Origin: Alphaproteobacteria bacterium
GTDB taxonomy: Bacteria; Pseudomonadota; Alphaproteobacteria; Rs-D84
Assembly (NCBI GenBank): GCA_031549365.1
Contig: JAVBPX010000007.1
Location: 42,303 to 74,302 of the forward strand
Direction of reading: 5' to 3'
Length of the DNA stretch: 32,000 nt
Positions 15,651 to 24,417 of this stretch are shown here, piece after piece (positions within the stretch are counted from its first letter, which is position 1; every line of letters begins with the position of its first letter). Made by a program: the position numbers and the translations under genes. A model generated the notes under the pieces. That model saw nothing but the letters and a program-made list of their open reading frames with translations. It was not told the DNA's origin and did not search any database.

Positions 15651-15672
15651 AACGCGCCACAGACGGCGCGTT
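15651..15672 (-). terminator. rho-independent terminator after the first acyl-CoA synthetase gene
   Basis: AACGCGCC-acagac-GGCGCGTT. The minus strand continues TCTCGTTTTTT. Confidence 0.65.
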
Positions 15673-15682
15673 TTCAACGTTT

Positions 15683-17272
15683 TTACTCTTTGCGATCTGG
15701 ATACTCACCCCTATCCAACTTCTCACGAATCTCGTGATGCTTCACTTTTTTCGTGCTGGTCTGTGGTAATTCATCCGTTGTCATCGCGTAATGTGTAACC
15801 CATTTGTACGGCGCAATTTTAACATTTGACGAAGCAATATCAATCGCCAATTTTTGCATTGTTACCTCTGGTTTAACTTGGAATACTCCGTATGCAACCA
15901 TTTTGCCACGAATAACTCGTTCCAAAACAGCAGCCGATAAAATATCAGGATTCTGCAAATACAAATCTTCCAATTCATCTGGATAAACGTTTTTACCGCT
16001 GTCCAAAACGATGACTTGTTTTTTACGTCCTTTTACAACCAAACGGCCTTTTTTATCAAACATCCCCAAATCACCGGTTTTATACCAACCGTCTTCTGTG
16101 AATGAATCTGCATTTGCTTCCGGGTTATTAATGTACCCAGGCATAACAACACGCCCACGAACATAAATTTCTCCAATTCCTTGCTTATTCGGTTCATTAA
16201 TCTTGACTTCGTTTCCAATTAATGGTCCGGCATAAACACGTTTTCCATCAGCATTAACGAATTCCAAATTAAAATTACTTGGCCCAGTTGTTTCTGTCAA
16301 TCCATAACAATCGCCGACTGTCATACCCAATGCTTCGTAAAATTTACGAATAGTTGGTTTTAACGTGGCCCCAGCTGAAATTAAAACAGAAACACGTCCA
16401 CCAAACATTTCATGAACTGGCTTGGTAATTCCTTTAACAATGAATCCTAAACCAATGGCACGCAAAAATCCGCGCATAGCCATAACAGTTTTGAACAACC
16501 AATACACGCGTTTTTCTCTGTAACCATCAATAATTTTTTTGTAAAACACTTCCCACATGCGTGGCACAGCCGGAATAACTTGCGGACGATATTTTTTGAA
16601 ATCAGCCAAAAATTCTTTTGGATTCATGCCCGGCTGTAATAACAATGAACCATCCAGCGCGATTGGAGCAATAATATTAATCACAAATCCATAAATATGG
16701 TACAGAGGCAAAAACCCATAAAATATAAACCCAGTCTTAATAACAGATCTATAATATTGTGCCCCATCATAAATACCCAAAATATTGTCATGCGTTAAGC
16801 CAACAATCTTTGGATTCCCAGTCGATCCCGAAGTAAATGATAATGACGCCAAATCATCCAATTCTACATCGGCGGCAACAAAATCTTTTTCATCGCCTGT
16901 ATCTTTGGAATTAATGTCATACATTTCCGGTCCGCCTTCAACGAACAAGTTTTTCTCGGCCAGAGCAATTGAACAATTCGTACGTGCCATCATGTTCAAA
17001 TGTTCTGTTTTGGCCAATGATGTGTCCAACATTAAAACTCTGGCTCCTTGTGAAACCACGGCAAAATATGAAACCAAAAATTGTGGAGAATTTGAACATA
17101 ACAAAGCAACAGTATCGCCTTTTTTAATCCCCAATTTTTTTGACAAAGTAACCGCACGCAATTTAACCAAGCGCAACAAGTCAGCATATGTCAAATTTTC
17201 CCTTACAAAAAACAAACGCTCTTTATTCTTCTCGCATGTTTCTTGTAACATTTGATATATATTTTTAAACAT
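15683..17272 (-). CDS. AMP-dependent acyl-CoA synthetase/ligase (long-chain fatty-acid-CoA ligase-like), paralog 1
   Basis: AMP-binding motif SFTSGSTGNPK, plus ..GYGLTET-like CYGLTETTG and ..TGDLG..GRKKQVIVLDSGKNVYPDELE. AAGGAG SD before the ATG at 17272. Confidence 0.85.
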   Translation of the reverse strand: MFKNIYQMLQETCEKNKERLFFVRENLTYADLLRLVKLRAVTLSKKLGIKKGDTVALLCSNSPQFLVSYFAVVSQGARVLMLDTSLAKTEHLNMMARTNCSIALAEKNLFVEGGPEMYDINSKDTGDEKDFVAADVELDDLASLSFTSGSTGNPKIVGLTHDNILGIYDGAQYYRSVIKTGFIFYGFLPLYHIYGFVINIIAPIALDGSLLLQPGMNPKEFLADFKKYRPQVIPAVPRMWEVFYKKIIDGYREKRVYWLFKTVMAMRGFLRAIGLGFIVKGITKPVHEMFGGRVSVLISAGATLKPTIRKFYEALGMTVGDCYGLTETTGPSNFNLEFVNADGKRVYAGPLIGNEVKINEPNKQGIGEIYVRGRVVMPGYINNPEANADSFTEDGWYKTGDLGMFDKKGRLVVKGRKKQVIVLDSGKNVYPDELEDLYLQNPDILSAAVLERVIRGKMVAYGVFQVKPEVTMQKLAIDIASSNVKIAPYKWVTHYAMTTDELPQTSTKKVKHHEIREKLDRGEYPDRKE

Positions 17273-17356
17273 TACTACTCCTTACTTGCATTCCACCAGC
17301 AAACCATTCGCTGGCGAATTTTTATGTGCGGTCCCCCACACAAACTATCATTTATT

Positions 17357-17382
17357 GTCATTGCCAATGTAACAAAGCAATC
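17357..17382 (+). repeat. short GTCATTGC...GCAATC hairpin unit
   Basis: GTCATTGC-caatgtaacaaa-GCAATC has the same outer arms as the units at 19449, 22221 and 27414. Confidence 0.5.
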
Positions 17383-17448
17383 TCGGCAATACAAACATTT
17401 CCTCTTACATACTCCAAAATCTGTAACTACACAATTCTCACAAACTAT

Positions 17449-17575
17449 AAATCGTGTCAGAATTATGTAGTTACAAAGAATTTATTGTTTTTTATGGCCC
17501 GCGGTTTACATAAACGTAAATAAGGGTCATAAAAACAATAAACTTGTTGGTAAATGCGTGATTATCACACGATTT
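17449..17575 (+). repeat. nested palindromic element, copy E (127 bp)
   Basis: Ends AAATCGTGTCAGAATTATG / GCGTGATTATCACACGATTT. Middle stem TTTATTGTTTTTTATGGCCC / GGGTCATAAAAACAATAAA. Apex TTTAC-ATAAAC-GTAAA. The right end overlaps the stop of ligase paralog 2. Confidence 0.75.
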
Positions 17576-19163
17576 ACTCTTTACGTTGGGAATACTCACC
17601 TTTTTCCAACATCTTCCTAACTTCATGATGCTTTACCTTTTTTGTACTTGTCTGTGGTAATTCATCATTCGTCATCGCATAATGTGTAACCCATTTATAT
17701 GACGCGACACGCATATTTTGCTTGGCAATACCCTTACCCAATTGCTCCAATGTAACATCAGGCTTAACTTGAAATACGCCATATGACACAGTCTTATTCT
17801 TGACCTTATGTTCAAACACAGCAACATTTTCAACCCCAGGTATTTCCATATATAATGCTTCCAATTCGTCTGGATATACATTTTTACCGCTATCTAAAAC
17901 AATAACTTGTTTTTTACGTCCACGGAAAAATAAATCTCCCTTTTCATCCATGACAGCCAAATCCCCGGTATTAAACCAACCATCTTTGTCAAACACTTCT
18001 GAATTGGCCAATTCGTTGTCCAAATATCCTTTGAATACAGAATGCCCACGAACCCACAATTCGCCAACGCCTTCGTTGTTTTTGTTACGAATTTGACATT
18101 CATTGTTTGACAACGATCCGCCAATTGAAAACGGCTTTCTATGCTTTGTTGGCTTACTGATACAGATTGGTCCCACGGTTTCGGTCAAACCATAGCCCTG
18201 AATAAATCCAAATCCCAACCGGGTATAGAATAATTCGATTTCAGGTTTCGTAGCGGCCCCACCAGCAATTAATAAACGAACACGTCCGCCGAACAAATCA
18301 TGAACCGGCCCAGTTAATTTGCGAACAACAAAACCCAACCCCATTGCTTTTAAAAATTTTTGTGATTTTAAAATAAACTTCAATACGCCGTACATATGCT
18401 TTGCTTTGTAGTTTTCAACAATCTTGTTATAAAATACTTCCCACAATCTTGGCACCGCAGGAATAACATGTGGCCTATATTGTTTAAAATCGGCCATAAT
18501 ATCTTTTGGGTTCATCCCTGGCTGTAACAAAATATTTGCACGATAATGTAACGTCGCCAAAATTTCTACAGCAAATCCATACACATGATACATTGGCAAA
18601 AATCCATATAAACAAGCACCATGATGAATGTATTCGGACATATCTTCCAACGAATTGGCCGTTTCAACCAAATTGAAATGTGTCAAAGGCACAACCTTTG
18701 GCATCCCAGTAGATCCAGAAGTAAATGATAACGAAGCAATTTCACAAGACGCAGCTTCATATGGTTTAAATACAAACCCTTTTTCCAACGCTGGATCTTT
18801 TTCTGTAATATCGTGAAATTTAAAATTCTTGCTTTCAAAGAAAAAACTTTTCTCGGCCAAAATCAATTTACAATTAACAATCTTGGTCATATTTTCATAT
18901 TCATATGGTGTTAAATTGGTATCCAACATCAAGACACGACCCCCGGCCGCCAAAATCGCAAAATACGACAATGGGAATTCTGGAATATTATGCGCCAAAA
19001 TACCAACAGTATCACCTGGCTGAACTTTATATTTTTTTTGTAAATTTACGGCTCTGGCATTAACCAATTCCAAAAATTCACCATACGTAGTTCCCTCACG
19101 GGTTAAAAACACATTGCTTGGGACTTCCCTAACAACCTGTTCCAAAAATTGATACATATTCAT
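17574..19163 (-). CDS. AMP-dependent acyl-CoA synthetase/ligase, paralog 2
   Basis: SFTSGSTGMPK. Long blocks are identical to paralog 1 (GRKKQVIVLDSGKNVYPDELE; YKWVTHYAMT.DELPQTSTKKVKHHE). Start set at ATG 19163 with AAGGA upstream. Confidence 0.85.
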   Translation of the reverse strand: MNMYQFLEQVVREVPSNVFLTREGTTYGEFLELVNARAVNLQKKYKVQPGDTVGILAHNIPEFPLSYFAILAAGGRVLMLDTNLTPYEYENMTKIVNCKLILAEKSFFFESKNFKFHDITEKDPALEKGFVFKPYEAASCEIASLSFTSGSTGMPKVVPLTHFNLVETANSLEDMSEYIHHGACLYGFLPMYHVYGFAVEILATLHYRANILLQPGMNPKDIMADFKQYRPHVIPAVPRLWEVFYNKIVENYKAKHMYGVLKFILKSQKFLKAMGLGFVVRKLTGPVHDLFGGRVRLLIAGGAATKPEIELFYTRLGFGFIQGYGLTETVGPICISKPTKHRKPFSIGGSLSNNECQIRNKNNEGVGELWVRGHSVFKGYLDNELANSEVFDKDGWFNTGDLAVMDEKGDLFFRGRKKQVIVLDSGKNVYPDELEALYMEIPGVENVAVFEHKVKNKTVSYGVFQVKPDVTLEQLGKGIAKQNMRVASYKWVTHYAMTNDELPQTSTKKVKHHEVRKMLEKGEYSQRKE

Positions 19164-19187
19164 TTTTTTTCCTTTTTTATGTTCCAC

Positions 19188-19252
19188 CTGCGTTTATAAC
19201 GGACCAGGCGTGTATCATAACTTCATCTGCGTTTATAACGGGCCAGACGTGT
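19188..19252. repeat. two 26-bp direct repeats (39-bp period) in the paralog-2 leader
   Basis: CTGCGTTTATAACGGACCAGGCGTGT (19188-19213) and CTGCGTTTATAACGGGCCAGACGTGT (19227-19252) match at 24 of 26 positions. Each contains the small palindrome CGTT-TAT-AACG. Confidence 0.8.
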
Positions 19253-19286
19253 TTTGGATTTGCCATTTATACAAAATGACCTCGAT

Positions 19287-19315
19287 ATGATAACTATCCG
19301 CGGGAAAAAAGTCAA
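19287..19315 (-). promoter_or_regulatory. sigma70-like promoter for acyl-CoA synthetase paralog 2
   Basis: On the minus strand, TTGACT (19315-19310), a 17-nt spacer, then TATCAT (19292-19287). Confidence 0.55.
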
Positions 19316-19448
19316 CATCCCAAGAATAAATTACCACTCACCAAAACACACGTAAAATTTTTATTCCAAATTATACCTCTCTCAAAATCCCAACCATATT
19401 AAAACCTCACTCCTGGCGCCCCCGCACCAATCCCAACCATTATATTAT

Positions 19449-19623
19449 GTCATTACTAGGGGCCAAGGCTCCGTGGCAATCTTTATCTCGGCGAAACAAC
19501 GTGCCGACGGATCATTGCAATTAAAAACCATCTCGCCCCTCCGGGGAGAGATAATAAAACATATGATCTTCGATCATCATGTTTTATAGAGAGGGGGAAA
19601 TAAAAACAATAACCACAATTAAA
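19449..19623 (+). repeat. mosaic repeat R1 (GTCATT hairpin unit, extra hairpin, and 113-bp conserved module)
   Basis: The module at 19511-19623 differs from 27444-27556 at 4 positions. It contains hairpins ATCTCGCCCC..GGGGAGAGAT and ATAAAACATATGATC..GATCATCATGTTTTAT. Confidence 0.8.
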
Positions 19624-19836
19624 CCATCCCAAACCCCTGGTCATCCGGATCGCGCAGCCGAGAGGATCCAGTAAAACAAACGTTGCGACAGCAACTTTTT
19701 ATTGTCATCCCTCGAAACCACAACTCCGCTCGAATTCCAACGATATAAAAAACTCAACCATTAAAAATTAATAAACATAAACAAGGGTTCTAAAAAACGA
19801 CGAACCTGTTCCGAGGCGATACGTTTTCATTGATTT

Positions 19837-19957
19837 AAAACATTTCAAAATGCGATGATATGGCGGGTTCTTTTTATTTCCGAGTGGGCCGAGCATATAT
19901 AAACATATGTGATGTCCCCGATGAAAATGAAAAAACGCGCCATTGCGCGCATTTTCA
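19837..19957 (+). repeat. nested palindromic element, copy B
   Basis: Left end AAAACATTTCAAAATGCG, right end CGCATTTTCA, which abuts the virD4 stop at 19958-19960. Apex CATAT-ATAAAC-ATATG. Confidence 0.7.
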
Positions 19958-22108
19958 TTAATTTTTATTGGTATATCCCATTGACGCTCTGTGCTTCTCT
20001 ACTAAAAACTCTGGCACAGCAGGGCTCGGCGGAATCGCGGATTTTTCTATTAATTTTGCATCTTCATATGAACGAACATGATCTGCCTTAATCGGACGAT
20101 TTGCATACCCCTGCAATATTACCAACTGATTTTTTGTACTCATCGTAACAATATCCATTGGGGAAAACAAAACAGATTCTTTTTTCTCGTCTTTTCCATC
20201 TTTTGTTTCAATCTTAATTTTTGTACCCATCATTTCGGAAAATATTTTTGCAGTCTCTAAATTATTCTGGCGCAATACAATCTTCGCCGCGGTGGTTGAC
20301 ATTAAAATTTCCATATTTTCTTTTGAATACTTGGCGGCAATCTGTTGCAAATCTTGCCCAATTAATAAATAAGAAACCTTCTGCCCACGACCCAAATCCG
20401 GCCCTTCGATAACAGCTTGTAATTTCGCCATCTTTGGAAATTCGTCCAACACAAATAACACAGGGCAAGGTCCTAACTTTTTACCCGCATGTTCAAATTC
20501 TGGCGGATTCGCAATTAAAAATCTGGACATCAAAGTAACAAAAATCCCAGTAATTGGATTCAAAGCATCTGCATCAACCTGATTAATGGACAAATAAACA
20601 GTAACAGGTTTCATTTTTCCATCACGCGGATCAATCATTCCACGCAAATCTTCGAAATGGAAATCGGAATGCGAAGTCCTCGCACGCACGGCCGAATTTT
20701 TGAAAATCGCCATTGATGCGGCAACGGTGGACAAAATGGATCCACGTTCACGATCTGGCGTATTTGCCAACTGTGTTAATTCTTGAATCGAGCGATGCGC
20801 ATAACCAAATTGACGCCCTTCGTTCACAGCATCTTGGAACAAATCTTTCATCGGATCTGCCAACGCCACCATTTGATCTCCTTGGCGGCGACGATTTTCC
20901 AATTCTTCTGTAATATTAATCTGACTGGTTGTAATCCAATCCAATAACATAGACAACGAAGCTTCCTTACCAACCCACTGCGGCGGAATCCCTTTCCAGG
21001 TCCCAACCGGCACATAATTCATAATATTCATCTGACCGTTGTTTAATAAATTCCAAGCCCCTTCGGCATTTAAATCATTCATTTTCATATAATAACTTGA
21101 TAATAAAACCTTGTCCTCGGCATCAAAAGTATTTGTTTTAAACCGATGATAAAAATAATCATTTGCGCGCGCACGTTCACACTTGGAAACAATGAATTGA
21201 ATCAAACCTGATAAAGCTGCACGCCCTGATAATGTCCAATGTGGATCGGCGGACGACGCAGCCTTGTCTTCAACCAATACAGCCACCATACTGTCCACAT
21301 ACAAATCGCGCTCGGCCGGATCTTGCGGCACATGCGATGGCGACAAAGGATTCCAACTCGGATAATAAATCCCGGCATCTGGATTATCCTGGCCCGCCCA
21401 ATTGATAATAAACACGGGCCCAACTGTTGAACGATACCCGGACGTCAAATGCGCCAATTCCGGCTTTGGATCATTAACAATCATGGACACAGTATCACAC
21501 TCAAAAATTGTTGGCATAACAACACCCTTGGTTTTACCTGTCCCCGGGGGTGCCACGCATAATACAGATAACGTTTCATCCAACTTTAACCACTTTTTTT
21601 TGAATTGCCCCAACACAACCATAAACCCTTTGAATAAACCCATTTTTTCAACATCTTTTTCCGCCGCTTCCAAAGAACTCTTTTCATCAAACTTATCCTT
21701 ACCATATGGATTGAATTCTTTGACCACCTCGGAATCGCGTAACATATAAATAACAATCTGCCCAACCAATGGAACAATCATATAAATATCAGTGCGAAAA
21801 AAAGCACGCTCAAACCAAGCGGGAATTTCCGCAAATACAGACATTCCAAAACTGCTGACAATATGATTAAAATATAATCCCAACCAAGCCGTGGTGGCCG
21901 TCGAAAATCCGTAACGAAAAATATGTTCAACTGGAAATGATAATGCCAAAACAATGTATGCCAATATTGTTAACGCAAGGCTATACCGCATACGCCAAAA
22001 CATTTGGGCCATTGGGGCTTTTTCATGATCCTTGTACGCAGCAGACGAAAAGATCTTAAACCCTTTTCCCTTACCACCCACAGATAATAAATTTGGTAAT
22101 TTTGCCAT
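19958..22108 (-). CDS. virD4: type IV secretion coupling protein VirD4/TraG family
   Basis: N-terminal transmembrane segments, Walker A PPGTGKTKG, Walker B-like VLFVLDEFPKM, 716 aa. AGAGGAA SD. Confidence 0.85.
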   Translation of the reverse strand: MAKLPNLLSVGGKGKGFKIFSSAAYKDHEKAPMAQMFWRMRYSLALTILAYIVLALSFPVEHIFRYGFSTATTAWLGLYFNHIVSSFGMSVFAEIPAWFERAFFRTDIYMIVPLVGQIVIYMLRDSEVVKEFNPYGKDKFDEKSSLEAAEKDVEKMGLFKGFMVVLGQFKKKWLKLDETLSVLCVAPPGTGKTKGVVMPTIFECDTVSMIVNDPKPELAHLTSGYRSTVGPVFIINWAGQDNPDAGIYYPSWNPLSPSHVPQDPAERDLYVDSMVAVLVEDKAASSADPHWTLSGRAALSGLIQFIVSKCERARANDYFYHRFKTNTFDAEDKVLLSSYYMKMNDLNAEGAWNLLNNGQMNIMNYVPVGTWKGIPPQWVGKEASLSMLLDWITTSQINITEELENRRRQGDQMVALADPMKDLFQDAVNEGRQFGYAHRSIQELTQLANTPDRERGSILSTVAASMAIFKNSAVRARTSHSDFHFEDLRGMIDPRDGKMKPVTVYLSINQVDADALNPITGIFVTLMSRFLIANPPEFEHAGKKLGPCPVLFVLDEFPKMAKLQAVIEGPDLGRGQKVSYLLIGQDLQQIAAKYSKENMEILMSTTAAKIVLRQNNLETAKIFSEMMGTKIKIETKDGKDEKKESVLFSPMDIVTMSTKNQLVILQGYANRPIKADHVRSYEDAKLIEKSAIPPSPAVPEFLVEKHRASMGYTNKN

Positions 22109-22220
22109 TCATTCCTCTTCTCGCGCCTAATTATATCACATTTCGTGAAAAAAGACAGTGGAAAATCATCCCCATTTAATGTTATGATATGTACAAACAA
22201 TGTCATCAAAATTAATAATT

Positions 22221-22265
22221 GTCATTGCGAGGAGTCATAACTCCATAGCAATCATTGCAATTAAA
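22221..22265 (+). repeat. mosaic repeat R3 (hairpin unit plus ATCATTGCAATTAAA)
   Basis: GTCATTGC-ga-GGAGT-cata-ACTCC-ata-GCAATCATTGCAATTAAA, located 15 nt upstream of the ftsL start. Confidence 0.7.
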
Positions 22266-22279
22266 CAACGAGGATTTCA

Positions 22280-22573
22280 ATGCGATCTGACTTCAAACTT
22301 TTTTGGATTGGCTGGGGAATGTTGGCAATCTCTGCCTTAACAGTCATGTTATTACAGGTCGGCTCTCAACAACAATTGGACGAATTAACAAAACTAAAAC
22401 GCGACATTGTAAAATCCCAGCAATACAAAACGGAATTGGAAGCAACCTTTGCATCCCTAACCCGCCCCGAAGTATTACGTTCCGTGGTATCATCCGTATA
22501 TCCAAATTTTGAACCAATATCATTTACAAAAATTGTTGATGTTGAACAATTGCCTCTGCGGGGTCAAATTTAA
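22280..22573 (+). CDS. ftsL: cell division protein FtsL
   Basis: Small bitopic protein with one transmembrane segment followed by a coiled-coil-like segment. It lies immediately upstream of ftsI and overlaps it (TAATG). Confidence 0.65.
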   Translation: MRSDFKLFWIGWGMLAISALTVMLLQVGSQQQLDELTKLKRDIVKSQQYKTELEATFASLTRPEVLRSVVSSVYPNFEPISFTKIVDVEQLPLRGQI

Positions 22574-24225
22574 TGGTTAAACGTAAAAAATTCACTGTTG
22601 GGTCCGACGTAATCACCGACATATTGGGCGGCACAAAATCCCACAAATTACAGGTCGTCGAAAACCCATGGGTTTCACGGATCCAGGTTTTATTGCTCGC
22701 CTTTACAATTATATTCGTCGCATTCGCAATTAAATTATTGATACTCGGATCTGACACATCTTTTCATCGCACACGTGGTGGGGTTGGCAATGCAAACTGG
22801 GATTTTATGCGTGCAGCAATCGTTGATCGACATGGTGAATTATTGGCCGTAAATGTACCGGCAGGACATATCATTGTCCGTCCAAATTTGGTCCGCGATC
22901 GTGACGAAGTGGTCAAAACAATCCGCACCGTTTTTCCAAATGAATCTTACGATTCCTTATTGAAACAAATCACAACTGATTCCAAATATGTATACATAAA
23001 AAAATTCACCTCTGAAACAAACGCGAACAAGATCAAGTCCGCCCGAATCCCAGGCCTCGACGTTGAAATGACAGAAAAGCGCTTGTATCCAAAACGCAAT
23101 TTATTCGCGCATGTTGTTGGTTTTGTTGGATCCGACGGTCGCGGACTCGAAGGTGCTGAAAAATGGTTCGACTCTGATTTACGCGGAAAATCGGATCCAG
23201 TCGCAATTTCAATTGATTCCCGGGTCCAGGCAGTAATGCACCAAGAATTGATGAAATCCGTCCAAAAATTTCATGCAAATTATGCAATGGGCATGTTAAT
23301 TAAATCCGAAACAGGCGAAATGATTGCAATGGTATCCGTACCCGATTTTGATCCTGAAAATCCACTGAATTCTCCTGTCGAAAACCGTTTCTTTAAACCA
23401 TTACAAGGCGCCTATGAAATGGGATCCGTCTTTAAAATTTTCAATACCGCATTGGCAATCGAAACTGGCATTGGACTTCGCCGTGAATACGACGTATCTA
23501 AACCATATACAATCCGTGGAAAAACAATCCGCGACGTCCCATCATTCAAACCACCACGCCCTCATATTTCTGTTGCTGAAATTATGTTGCACTCATCAAA
23601 CGTTGGGTCCGCCCAAATCGCATCCGATCTTCCGGACAATGCACAACGCGAAATGATGAAACGCCTCGGATTTATGGACGCCCTCGAAACAGATTTTGTA
23701 ACAACCGCAAAACCAGTATTGCCTCGCCAATGGGGCCCTGTTGAACGCGCAACAATTTCATTCGGACACGGTATTGCGATAACACCAATGCATTTATTAA
23801 CCGCGGTTAACGCAATGGTAAACGGCGGAATTTATGTAACGCCAACATTGAAAAAACAGGAACAAAATGGCGTTGTTCACGGCCGCCGTGTTGTAACACC
23901 AGAAGTATCCTCTCAAATCCGTCAAATCATGTATTTGATTGCTGAAAAAACCACCGCAAAAAAGGCTCGCATCGCAGGCATCGACATCGGCGGAAAAACC
24001 GGTACCGCTGAAAAATTGGTAAACGGCAAATATGATTCCGGCCGTGTTTTCACAGTATTCGTTGGCGCTTTTCCAATCAACGCACCACAATATACTTTGA
24101 TAATAATGTTGGACGAGCCCAAGGGAATCTCGGAAACCTGGGGCTTTAAAACAGCCGCCTGGAACGCCGTCCCAACCGCAGGCGCGGTAATGGATACGGT
24201 CCTTCCTCTCCTCTTCAACGAATAA
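22573..24225 (+). CDS. ftsI: peptidoglycan D,D-transpeptidase FtsI (PBP3)
   Basis: Transpeptidase motifs SVFK (SxxK), SSN (SxN) and KTGT, plus an N-terminal membrane anchor. Confidence 0.9.
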   Translation: MVKRKKFTVGSDVITDILGGTKSHKLQVVENPWVSRIQVLLLAFTIIFVAFAIKLLILGSDTSFHRTRGGVGNANWDFMRAAIVDRHGELLAVNVPAGHIIVRPNLVRDRDEVVKTIRTVFPNESYDSLLKQITTDSKYVYIKKFTSETNANKIKSARIPGLDVEMTEKRLYPKRNLFAHVVGFVGSDGRGLEGAEKWFDSDLRGKSDPVAISIDSRVQAVMHQELMKSVQKFHANYAMGMLIKSETGEMIAMVSVPDFDPENPLNSPVENRFFKPLQGAYEMGSVFKIFNTALAIETGIGLRREYDVSKPYTIRGKTIRDVPSFKPPRPHISVAEIMLHSSNVGSAQIASDLPDNAQREMMKRLGFMDALETDFVTTAKPVLPRQWGPVERATISFGHGIAITPMHLLTAVNAMVNGGIYVTPTLKKQEQNGVVHGRRVVTPEVSSQIRQIMYLIAEKTTAKKARIAGIDIGGKTGTAEKLVNGKYDSGRVFTVFVGAFPINAPQYTLIIMLDEPKGISETWGFKTAAWNAVPTAGAVMDTVLPLLFNE

Positions 24226-24250
24226 AAAACCAATAATAAAACACCACGCT

Positions 24251-24378
24251 CGAAACATTTCAAACTGTGATAATTGGCACGAATTTTTAAATTTTCAGAC
24301 CCGTGGTGTATATAAACATACATAAGGGTTTGAAAATTTAAAAACTTGTTGTCCCAGGGCGCATTTTCAAATGTTTCG
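24251..24378 (+). repeat. nested palindromic element, copy A (128 bp)
   Basis: Ends CGAAACATTTCAAA / TTTCAAATGTTTCG. Middle stem AATTTTTAAATTTTCAGACCC / GGGTTTGAAAATTTAAAAACTT. Apex TGTAT-ATAAAC-ATACA. Confidence 0.8.
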
Positions 24379-24417
24379 CTCTTTACAAACAACCTGTATT
24401 TATGCTAAACTTAATGC

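Noticed and set aside
15572-15798. ORFs 15572..15769 and 15574..15798 (+) between virB11 and ligase 1
   Set aside because: They overlap each other and the ligase 3' end and terminator. They have no SD and no recognisable motif. The region is better explained as a promoter/terminator spacer.
19561-19587. Mini-ORF ATGATCTTCGATCATCATGTTTTATAG (MIFDHHVL) inside the 113-bp repeat module
   Set aside because: It coincides exactly with the two arms of a long hairpin, and no SD precedes it. It is better explained as structure than as coding.
14224-24378. CRISPR array as an explanation for the recurring palindromic repeats
   Set aside because: The copies are kilobases apart and ~127 bp long, separated by genes rather than by regular 25-40-bp spacers. 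No cas genes are present in the window.
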